Positions 9,230-16,656 of a DNA stretch of 24,000 bases are shown piece after piece. This stretch comes from Crassaminicella thermophila (lineage in GTDB: Bacteria > Bacillota > Clostridia > Peptostreptococcales > Thermotaleaceae), in assembly GCF_008152325.1 (NCBI RefSeq), contig NZ_CP042243.1, positions 415,026 through 439,025 of the forward strand. The letters are read 5' to 3'. Position numbers and translations under genes: made by a program. Position 1 is the stretch's first letter. Every line of letters begins with the position of its first letter. Below the pieces are notes generated by a model. The model did no database searches, was not told the DNA's origin, and saw only the letters and a program-made list of their open reading frames with translations.

Positions 9230-10315
9230 ATGAATAAAGAAGTGATTTCGAATCAACAAGCCATATCTATGATTATTCTGTTTATGTCTGGTACATCTAC
9301 GATATTTATGGTAGCGTTGTCTGCAGAAGGGGATTTTTGGTTGGCTATTATTCTATCTGTTATATTAGCATGCATAATGGGAGCTATATTTGCTTATTTA
9401 CATGCTATTTTTCCAAAAAAAAATTTATTCGATATATGTGAAGATTGTTTTGGAAAAATTATGGGGAAGGGAATATGTATTTTATTTAGCTACTTTGCGT
9501 TTGAGGAAGCAGTAGCTGTTTTTACAAATGCAAAACAATTCATTACAGAAACGACTATGCCAGAAACGCCTCAAATAATAACCATTATTCCCATTGTTAT
9601 TTTGTGCATATGGGTTGTAAAAGAAGGAATTGAAGTAATCGGAAAATGTGCAAATTTTTTTATCATTATATTTATTATTTTGATTTTTACTATGGTGCTA
9701 TTATTAATTCCCCAAATTGATTTAGATAATTTTGGACCTGTTTTATACAAAGGAATAAATCCAGTTTTAAAAGGAACTTTATCAGCATTTGCATTTCCTT
9801 TTGGGGAAATTGTTATGTTTACTATGGTTTTTTCAAATTTTAGAATAAAAAAATCTGCTTATAAAGTTTATATAGGGGGATTAGTTATATCAGGAATAAT
9901 ATCATTATTAACTTCTATTGCTACAATCTCAATTTTAGGGATAGATATTGCTACTACTTCATATTTTCCTGTTTTTAATGCTGCTTCAGGAATCGCAATT
10001 GGAGATTTTATACAAAGATTAGAAATATTTGCAGCTGTTATTGGTGTCGTAGGATCATTTTTTAAAAACAGCATATTATTATTAGCCGTATGCAAAGGAA
10101 TTTCAAAGATATTTAATCTTTCTAACTATCGATTGATTATTATGCCCGTTGCATTATTAATGATTAATTTTTCTTATTTTTATTATGATAGTAGAATGGA
10201 ATTTGTAGAGTATAATATGGATGTGTGGACTTATTATGCCATTATTTTTGAGGTATTCATTCCAATTATGCTTTTACTTTTTGCTATAATGAAAAAGAAA
10301 TCTTTTAAAAAATAA
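9230..10315 (+). CDS. Spore germination protein, GerXB-type (Spore_permease / APC-superfamily membrane subunit)
   Basis: RBS GGAGGAG lies upstream. The N-terminus (ISNQQAISMIILFMSGTSTIF) and the roughly 10-TM, 361-aa architecture are typical of GerAB/GerKB-family subunits. Confidence 0.75.
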   Translation: MNKEVISNQQAISMIILFMSGTSTIFMVALSAEGDFWLAIILSVILACIMGAIFAYLHAIFPKKNLFDICEDCFGKIMGKGICILFSYFAFEEAVAVFTNAKQFITETTMPETPQIITIIPIVILCIWVVKEGIEVIGKCANFFIIIFIILIFTMVLLLIPQIDLDNFGPVLYKGINPVLKGTLSAFAFPFGEIVMFTMVFSNFRIKKSAYKVYIGGLVISGIISLLTSIATISILGIDIATTSYFPVFNAASGIAIGDFIQRLEIFAAVIGVVGSFFKNSILLLAVCKGISKIFNLSNYRLIIMPVALLMINFSYFYYDSRMEFVEYNMDVWTYYAIIFEVFIPIMLLLFAIMKKKSFKK

Positions 10316-10370
10316 TGCTTTTAAATAGTTGTGAACATTGCTAAAAAATAGAAGGTCGAAATTTGTAGAT

Positions 10371-10396
10371 TTAACATAAATTTAACATTATTAACA
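10371..10396 (+). promoter_or_regulatory. Three direct TTAACA repeats (candidate PhoP/Pho-box) upstream of the Na/Pi transporter gene
   Basis: TTAACA occurs at 10371-10376, 10382-10387 and 10391-10396 (11- and 9-bp phasing). An AT-rich -10-like region follows, and the ATG at 10453 lies about 55 nt downstream. Confidence 0.4.
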
Positions 10397-10452
10397 AAAA
10401 AATAATGTATTATATATTAGGAGTATATTAAAAGATTATGGGAGGGTAAAAA

Positions 10453-12081
10453 ATGAAAATCCTTTTTGAATTGCTTGGTGGTCTTGGATTATTTCTCTAT
10501 GGTATGACAATAATGGGAGATGGTCTAGAAAAATCTGCTGGGGACAAAATGAAGAGAATTATTGAGGTGCTTACTAGTAACAGAGTGATGGCTGTGCTAG
10601 TTGGTGCTTTAGTAACCATGATTATACAGAGTAGTAGTGCTACTACTGTAATGGTTGTAGGTTTTGTAAATGCAGGAATTATGAATTTAGTACAAGCTAC
10701 AGGTGTAATTATGGGTGCGAATATTGGAACAACCATAACAGCTCAAATTGCATCTTTAAAGTTAACAGAGATAGCACCTATTGTAGTAGGGCTTAGTGTA
10801 GGGGTTTGGATTTTTACTAACAATAAAAAAGTGAAAAATGTTGCAGAAATCTTTATAGGATTTGGAATATTATTCATTGGTATGGATTTTATGAAGCATG
10901 CTGTAAAACCATTGCGAGAATATGAAGGCTTTAGAACAATGTTACTTAGCTTCGGGAAAGGTACATTTACGGATTCCTTAATGGCAATTTTTACTGGATT
11001 TTTCGTTACGGCTATTATACAAAGTAGTAGTGCTACTACAGGTATTCTGATTGCATTAGCAAGTGAAGGATTATTGCCAATAGAAGCTTCTTTACCGATT
11101 ATTTTTGGGACAAACATTGGAACTTGTGTTACTGCAATGTTATCAAGTATTGGTGCAAATAGAACAGCAAAAAGAGCTGCTTTTATCCATTTTATGTTTA
11201 ACGTATTTGGAACATTAATATTCATGCTATTATTTAAAAATATTACTATTACTATGGTAAAACATATTTCACCAGATAATGCAGCAAGACAGTTAGCAAA
11301 TGCTCATACATTCTTCAATATTGCTAATACTTTACTACTATTACCGTTTGCTACTTTATTAGTAAAATTAGCTAATAAAATTATGCCAGTGAAAGATTTT
11401 GAAATAGCAGATAAAATAGGTATTAAATATCTTGATGACAGGATGCTAGAAACTCCATCTGTTGCTATTGTTCAGGTGATAAAAGAGACATTAAATATGG
11501 GTAATTTAGTTTTAGATAGCTATAAAAAAGCGATGGATGCTTTCTTTGAGAGAAATGAGAAATTAGCACATGAAACCTTTGAAATAGAAAAGACTATAAA
11601 TAGTATGGAACGTGAAATTGCTGAATACTTGGTAAAACTATCTAATAAATCTCTATCTGCGAAACAGAACGAGATTGTGAATGGACTATTTAATACAATT
11701 AACGATATTGAAAGAGTAGGAGACCATGCAGATAACTTGGCAGAGCTAGCTGTGTTTAGAGTAGATAATAAATTAGATTTTAGTGAACAGGCTATAAGTG
11801 AATTAAAAGCAATGCATGATAGAGTTATGAAGTCTTATACCCAGGCAATACTTGCTTTAAGAACAGGAGATACAAATATTGCAAAAAGAATTATTGAAAG
11901 GGAAGGAGAGATTGATCATATGGAAAGATCTCTTCGAGCAAGTCATATTGAAAGATTAAATAAACAGCAGTGTATGCCAACATCAGGGGTAATATTCCTA
12001 GATATTATAAGTAATTTAGAAAGAATAGGAGATCATGCAGACAATATAGCTTTAGCTGTAATGGATGCTGCAGATAAGTAG
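10453..12081 (+). CDS. Na/Pi cotransporter family protein with C-terminal PhoU-like repeats
   Basis: Duplicated Na_Pi_cotrans motifs (QSSSATTVMVVGFVNAG... and QSSSATTGILIALA...). Two C-terminal PhoU-type helical repeats end in ERVGDHADN / ERIGDHADN. Confidence 0.9.
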   Translation: MKILFELLGGLGLFLYGMTIMGDGLEKSAGDKMKRIIEVLTSNRVMAVLVGALVTMIIQSSSATTVMVVGFVNAGIMNLVQATGVIMGANIGTTITAQIASLKLTEIAPIVVGLSVGVWIFTNNKKVKNVAEIFIGFGILFIGMDFMKHAVKPLREYEGFRTMLLSFGKGTFTDSLMAIFTGFFVTAIIQSSSATTGILIALASEGLLPIEASLPIIFGTNIGTCVTAMLSSIGANRTAKRAAFIHFMFNVFGTLIFMLLFKNITITMVKHISPDNAARQLANAHTFFNIANTLLLLPFATLLVKLANKIMPVKDFEIADKIGIKYLDDRMLETPSVAIVQVIKETLNMGNLVLDSYKKAMDAFFERNEKLAHETFEIEKTINSMEREIAEYLVKLSNKSLSAKQNEIVNGLFNTINDIERVGDHADNLAELAVFRVDNKLDFSEQAISELKAMHDRVMKSYTQAILALRTGDTNIAKRIIEREGEIDHMERSLRASHIERLNKQQCMPTSGVIFLDIISNLERIGDHADNIALAVMDAADK

Positions 12082-12106
12082 AGGGTGATTTTTCATCCTC
12101 TTTTTT
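12081..12106 (+). terminator. Rho-independent terminator
   Basis: Stem GAGGGTGA / TCATCCTC (one G-U pair) with loop TTTT, followed by TTTTTT. Confidence 0.7.
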
Positions 12107-12225
12107 AATTTTAAAAAAATACAATAAAATTTATCATACTCGACATATTTCTACAAAAAAATATGAAATTTTCGTATAAAATAAAGATATTAAGGGAAAC
12201 ATGCAATGAGAGGACGAAGAATAAT

Positions 12226-12717
12226 ATGCTGCAAATACCTATACTTGTGTTTTTTATAAGATCAATTCCTGAGGGTATCCTTTTAATTTTTTCAAGCTAT
12301 ATGTTGTTAAATAAAAAAATTAATAAAAAAAGACTTGCTTTATCTGGGCTTTTATTAGCCATAAGTACATATATTGTAAGATTGCTTCCTATTCATTTTG
12401 GTGTGCATACAATGATTATTATCATGCTATATATTTTTTTTACAGTAAAAATAAACAACATGCATATAATGGAATCTATTCCTATATGTATCATATCTAT
12501 GATTATAATTTTTATTTGTGACTGGATTATTGTACTTTTTTATGTAAATATATTACATCTTGATTTTATATATATATTTAAAGAACCCGTAAAAAGTGCT
12601 ATATATAGTATTCCTTCTTTAATAATGACTTTTTTTATCGTTCTTATGATATTTTGTATCAAAAAATATAGAAATAAGAAGGTAGATTCACATGTATCTG
12701 ATCGAAAGAGTATCTAA
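12226..12717 (+). CDS. Small polytopic membrane protein of unknown function, first gene of the agr cassette
   Basis: Preferred start is ATG 12226 (MLQIPILVFF...), with a purine-rich GAGAGG about 12 nt upstream. The ORF is open from 12163. It has about 5 hydrophobic helices with short K/N-rich loops and no soluble domain. Its 3' end overlaps agrB by 26 nt. Confidence 0.6.
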   Translation: MLQIPILVFFIRSIPEGILLIFSSYMLLNKKINKKRLALSGLLLAISTYIVRLLPIHFGVHTMIIIMLYIFFTVKINNMHIMESIPICIISMIIIFICDWIIVLFYVNILHLDFIYIFKEPVKSAIYSIPSLIMTFFIVLMIFCIKKYRNKKVDSHVSDRKSI

Positions 12718-13354
12718 TAATATTGCAGGGAAAATAGCTGCTACTTTAAAGCTAGATAAAGAGCAGGAAGCCGTATTAGCTTATGGGGCTTTTGGATTGC
12801 TTGAAACTATATTAGCAATCATTTTAGTCTTAGTTTTTGGGAAAATATTTGGGGTATTATTAGAAGCAATTATTATTTCTTTTGTATCGGCAATATTTAG
12901 AAAATATTCAGGAGGAGCCCATGCAACATCTCCTAATCGATGTGCAGCAATTGGGGTAATTGTATCAGTTGGATTAGGTATATTTGTGAATAAAATAAGT
13001 ATAAATATTTTTAGTTTACTAATATTTGGACTATTAACCTTTTTTATTGTTTTATATATAACTGTTAAATATGCTCCTGTGGATACACCGAATAAACCAA
13101 TAAAAAAGCTAGAAAGAAGGAAAAAATTAAAAATAAAATCATTGATTATACTCTTTTTATTCCTTATAATTACATTAATTTTAACAAGATACTACATAAA
13201 ATTAGGAGATGTAAGTTTGCTTAGCATCATAGCTTCTATTTTACTAGGACTGCTTTGGCAGGCAATTACATTGACATCTTTAGGACATCTAATAATACAT
13301 AAATTAGATGATTCCTTAAGAAAAATAGCAACTTTAGGGGGGAGGGGGATATGA
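12692..13354 (+). CDS. agrB: AgrB-family accessory gene regulator B (AgrD-processing membrane endopeptidase)
   Basis: The motif RKYSGGAHATSPNRC places His at residue 77 and Cys at residue 84. These are the same positions and spacing as the catalytic pair of S. aureus AgrB. The protein is multi-TM, about 220 aa, and sits immediately upstream of an AgrD-like ORF. Confidence 0.9.
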   Translation: MYLIERVSNNIAGKIAATLKLDKEQEAVLAYGAFGLLETILAIILVLVFGKIFGVLLEAIIISFVSAIFRKYSGGAHATSPNRCAAIGVIVSVGLGIFVNKISINIFSLLIFGLLTFFIVLYITVKYAPVDTPNKPIKKLERRKKLKIKSLIILFLFLIITLILTRYYIKLGDVSLLSIIASILLGLLWQAITLTSLGHLIIHKLDDSLRKIATLGGRGI

Positions 13355-13491
13355 TGAAAAACAGATTATTTACAATGATGGCTGTTTTTGGTATGACAGT
13401 ACTAACATTTGTTGCTCAAACAGTATCAGCTTCAGCTTGTATATGGTCAGCTTATCAGCCAGAAGAGCCAAAATTATTACGTGAAGAATAA
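13351..13491 (+). CDS. agrD: AgrD-type autoinducing peptide precursor (46 aa), absent from the ORF track
   Basis: Translation is MMKNRLFTMMAVFGMTVLTFVAQTVSASACIWSAYQPEEPKLLREE. It has an amphipathic/hydrophobic leader, a single Cys, and an acidic QPEEPK..REE tail. Its ATG overlaps the agrB stop (ATATGATG). Confidence 0.85.
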   Translation: MMKNRLFTMMAVFGMTVLTFVAQTVSASACIWSAYQPEEPKLLREE

Positions 13492-13494
13492 TGT

Positions 13495-13516
13495 AGGAGG
13501 TCATATTTGACCTCTT
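13495..13516 (+). terminator. Weak hairpin after agrD (possible partial terminator)
   Basis: Stem GAGGTCA (13497-13503) / TGACCTC (13508-13514), extendable by 2 weak pairs. The downstream tract TTGCATTATTTTT is not a clean U-run. Confidence 0.35.
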
Positions 13517-13552
13517 GCATTATTTTTAAAAGTATATGATAGGTGTGAGAGC

Positions 13553-15247
13553 ATGCATCAGATAGAAAATAAATTCCAAAAAAAAGTTTATGAAATGTTA
13601 TTTGTTTCAAAGTTATTGTCACTATTATTCTGTGGAATTATTATTTTTATACAATACAATGTACATTTTTTAAAAAATCTACATAAATATATGAGCTTTT
13701 CTATGATTACAGCGATGCTGGGTATAGGTATGTTGACATTAATCTATAAGATATGGATATTTTCTTATAAGAATAACAAGATTACTTCAAAGGTATCTGC
13801 AACAGATATAATTGAAATAATATTGTTTATTGGTATTTTTTCTATTTTGATTATTTTTTCAGGAGTACATACTAGTCATTATAAATTTATATTTTTATTT
13901 ATTATTATTCCAACTACTATGCAATTTGGAATCAATTATGGGATAGGGGTTTCTAGTATATGTTCTATACTAGTTTTATTGATAGATTACATGGCTTTAC
14001 CACGAAATACTATTAATATATTTTTTGAAACAGACTTAATTTTAACAGGGGTTTTTTTATTAACTGCATGGTCTTTAGGTTACTATGTAAATATTGAAAA
14101 AGAATATAGGAAAGAAATCTCTCAGTTAGCCAATATGGATGAGCTAACAGGAGTTTATAATCATAGATTTTTTCAGGAGGCTTTATCAGAGAAAATAGAA
14201 GTGTCTAAAAATAAAAAAACATCTGTAGCACTGTTGTTTATAGATATCGATTATTTTAAATATTATAATGATCTTTATGGACATCAAGCAGGAGATAAGG
14301 TATTAGAAAAAATTGGAGATATATTAAAAAATTTAATTAGAAAAGAAGATATTGTAGCAAGATATGGAGGAGAGGAATTTGCAATAATCTTGCCAAATAC
14401 CAAAGAAGAGCAAGCTTTAAATATTGCTGAGAAAATACGAAGTACAATTGAGAAAATTGAATTTGAAGGAGAGGAAAATTTACCTAATAAGAAGCTTACC
14501 GTATCTGTTGGGGTTTCTGATTTTCCGAACAAAGCAAAATCTAAAGAAGAATTAATCAAGGCTTCAGATGATGCACTTTATAGAGCAAAATTTTTTAATA
14601 AAAACCGGGTAGAAACATATCATTCTGTATTAGAAGAATTAAAAAAAGATATACAACAAGAGCATATTGACTTGATTAGTTCTGTTAAAACATTAATAAG
14701 CGTAATTAATGCAAAGGATCGTTATACCTATGGACATACGGAAAGAGTGGTTATATACTGTAAAATGCTTGCAGATCGATTAGGTTTAAGAGAAGAGGAC
14801 AAAAAGATTTTAAGATATGGAGCATATTTGCATGATATAGGAAAAATTGAAATTGGCAAAGATATTTTAAATAAAAAAATGCCTCTTACAGATGAGGAAT
14901 GGAAACTTTTAAAGAAGCATCCTGAAAATGGTGCTGAAATCATAAGAGCTGTTGACTCTCTTAAAGATGTTATTCCTTTGATCTTTTATCATCATGAACG
15001 CTATGATGGAAATGGATATCCAAAAGGGTTAAAAGGGGAAGAGATTCCTTATTTGGCAAGAATATTAACGGTTGCAGATAGTTTTGATGCTATGACTTCT
15101 AATCGTCCATATCAATCAAGAAAAAGTTTTGAAGATGCAATAGAAGAATTAAGAAGATGCAGCAAAAGCCAATTTGATCCTAAGATTGTAGATGTTTTTA
15201 TAGAAATAATTGAGAAAAACATAGATAAATTTGATCGAATGAGGTAA
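13553..15247 (+). CDS. Integral-membrane (about 6 TM) GGDEF diguanylate cyclase fused to an HD-GYP phosphodiesterase domain
   Basis: About 180 aa of hydrophobic N-terminus come first. The GGDEF domain shows DELTGVYNHRFF, FIDIDYFKYYNDLYGHQAGD, an RxxD I-site (RKED) 5 aa before RYGGEEF. The HD-GYP domain shows GHTERV, LHDIGK and HHERYDGNGYPKGLKGEEIP. Confidence 0.9.
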   Translation: MHQIENKFQKKVYEMLFVSKLLSLLFCGIIIFIQYNVHFLKNLHKYMSFSMITAMLGIGMLTLIYKIWIFSYKNNKITSKVSATDIIEIILFIGIFSILIIFSGVHTSHYKFIFLFIIIPTTMQFGINYGIGVSSICSILVLLIDYMALPRNTINIFFETDLILTGVFLLTAWSLGYYVNIEKEYRKEISQLANMDELTGVYNHRFFQEALSEKIEVSKNKKTSVALLFIDIDYFKYYNDLYGHQAGDKVLEKIGDILKNLIRKEDIVARYGGEEFAIILPNTKEEQALNIAEKIRSTIEKIEFEGEENLPNKKLTVSVGVSDFPNKAKSKEELIKASDDALYRAKFFNKNRVETYHSVLEELKKDIQQEHIDLISSVKTLISVINAKDRYTYGHTERVVIYCKMLADRLGLREEDKKILRYGAYLHDIGKIEIGKDILNKKMPLTDEEWKLLKKHPENGAEIIRAVDSLKDVIPLIFYHHERYDGNGYPKGLKGEEIPYLARILTVADSFDAMTSNRPYQSRKSFEDAIEELRRCSKSQFDPKIVDVFIEIIEKNIDKFDRMR

Positions 15248-15252
15248 AGAAT

Positions 15253-15294
15253 AAAGCAGGATGTTTTCAAATATTTGAAAGCATCCTGCTTTTT
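15253..15294 (+). terminator. Rho-independent terminator
   Basis: Long stem AAAGCAGGATGTTTTCAAA / TTTGAAAGCATCCTGCTTT with one mismatch, followed by TTTTT. Confidence 0.85.
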
Positions 15295-15392
15295 ACACAA
15301 ATTTTACACATTTATTCTATTTTTTCTTTATATTTCAGGTTTATGATATAGATATAAGGAAGAACAAAATAAATTTTTAAGGAGTGGTGAAA

Positions 15393-16085
15393 ATGTTAAG
15401 AAAAAAAATAATGAAGGTTATTATGACATCCTGTTTGTGTATGGCATTACTAGTTCCATCTATGGCTTTTGCAGAAAAGGCAGATGGAATACAAGAGCAA
15501 AGAGGTTTAATCGCTAAAAGAATTGAAAAGTTCAAAGAAAACAGAGAAGAAAGAAAAGCTAAGAGAGAAGAAAGAAAAGAAAAAAGGGAAGAAAGAAAGG
15601 AAAAATTCTTAGAATTAGTAAAGGAGTATGTACCAGATACTTTAAATAATTGGAAAGAACAATTTGATGAGCACAAAGCTGTTCATGATCAAATCAGAGA
15701 AATTAAGATGCAATTAAGAAAAGAGAAAAAAGAAGAAATTAAAGAAGATCTTAAAAAGATGAGAGCTGAACTGAAGGAAAAGATTGAAGCTGGAGAAATT
15801 ACAAAAGAAGAAGCTAAAAATAAGTTGAAAGAGTATATTGAATCTATTAAAGAAGAAAGAAAAGAGATAATTCAGGAGAAAAAAGAAGAACTTGCTGATG
15901 AAATAGAAGCACAAAAAGAAAGACGTGAAGAAGTAAAAGAACTTAGAAAGATTTTAAGAGGGGCTATAAAAAATAAAGATTATGAAAAAATTACAGATAC
16001 ATTTAATAAATTATATGAGCATTTATTAGATCATATAGAATTTGATTATAAAAAGCTTGAAGAATTAAAAAAGATAGAATTATAG
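15393..16085 (+). CDS. Secreted, highly charged Lys/Glu-rich helical protein of unknown function
   Basis: ATG 15393 lies 8 nt after AAGGAG. Signal peptide MLRKKIMKVIMTSCLCMALLVPSMAFA|EK. The mature part is almost entirely K/E/R-rich and predicted coiled-coil. Confidence 0.7.
   Translation: MLRKKIMKVIMTSCLCMALLVPSMAFAEKADGIQEQRGLIAKRIEKFKENREERKAKREERKEKREERKEKFLELVKEYVPDTLNNWKEQFDEHKAVHDQIREIKMQLRKEKKEEIKEDLKKMRAELKEKIEAGEITKEEAKNKLKEYIESIKEERKEIIQEKKEELADEIEAQKERREEVKELRKILRGAIKNKDYEKITDTFNKLYEHLLDHIEFDYKKLEELKKIEL
15543..15605 (+). repeat. 3 x 21-bp tandem repeat encoding (REERKxK)3
   Basis: AGAGAAGAAAGAAAAGCTAAG / AGAGAAGAAAGAAAAGAAAAA / AGGGAAGAAAGAAAGGAAAAA, in frame within the 15393-16085 CDS. 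Confidence 0.8.
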
Positions 16086-16088
16086 AGA

Positions 16089-16120
16089 AAAGGCGATAAT
16101 ATCTCGCCTTTTTTCGTTTT
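16089..16120 (+). terminator. Rho-independent terminator
   Basis: Stem AAAGGCGA / TCGCCTTT with a 7-nt loop, followed by TTTCGTTTTT. Confidence 0.8.
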
Positions 16121-16305
16121 TATATTTTTAAGAATACACTTTGTTTGCATGTAATATATTGTAATTATTAGTCAAATTTTAACTAAAAATATGATATTAT
16201 GGATATGTATAAACAACATTCATTCCAGATAACTTTTGAAAAAATTAAATTTTATTCAATATTGTTTAGCTATAAAATTACAATTTAAACAGGGGGAGTC
16301 CGTTC

Positions 16306-16656
16306 ATGGCGAAATATTTAGATACTACAAAAAAGGCTGAAATTAATATACGTTTGTCAGAATTTGAAATGCCACCCATGCAGGATGTATTAATTGTAGG
16401 AAAAAGGGCACCTATTGGGGCTGAAGGAGCTAGAAGAATGGTTGACATTTTATCACCTGATCAGTATGATATTATTAAAATTGAACATGATACTATAGAA
16501 GCGATTGTTGTAAGGAGAACATTACTAAAAATGCTTCCTAAAGATAAGCTAGTTAATTTAATTTTAGAAGAAGGGGGGAAAATTGCTAACGAATCTATTA
16601 TTCTAAAAATGCAGATTAATATTACAATTCAAGTTAGCAGATCAATAGATATATGA
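16306..16656 (+). CDS. Hypothetical 116-aa soluble protein, translationally coupled to the CBS-GGDEF gene
   Basis: RBS GGGGGAG precedes the ATG. I recognised no motif. Its stop overlaps the next start (ATATGA, 4-nt overlap at 16653-16656). Confidence 0.55.
   Translation: MAKYLDTTKKAEINIRLSEFEMPPMQDVLIVGKRAPIGAEGARRMVDILSPDQYDIIKIEHDTIEAIVVRRTLLKMLPKDKLVNLILEEGGKIANESIILKMQINITIQVSRSIDI

Noticed and set aside
10497-11225. Minus-strand ORFs 10497-10736 and 10743-11225
   Set aside because: They are antisense shadows inside the Na/Pi cotransporter CDS.
12082-15300. Search for agrC/agrA (a GHKL kinase with a polytopic N-terminus, a LytTR regulator) and LytTR direct-repeat operators near agrBD
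   Set aside because: No H-box/GHKL or LytTR-type translation is present in any frame here. The only kinase/regulator pair in the window (5398-7551) is OmpR-type and 5 kb away, associated with efflux genes.
14284-15914. Minus-strand ORFs 14284-14559, 14728-14943, 15112-15300, 15377-15676 and 15714-15914
   Set aside because: They are antisense to well-supported genes. The last two are poly-Phe/Ser/Leu artefacts of the purine-rich K/E-coding strand.
15295-16305. c-di-GMP riboswitches (GEMM-I/II) upstream of the secreted K/E-rich gene or the 116-aa/CBS-GGDEF operon
   Set aside because: Both intergenic regions are very AT-rich. They lack G/C-rich paired elements and the conserved ACGCACAGGGCAAACC-type cores.
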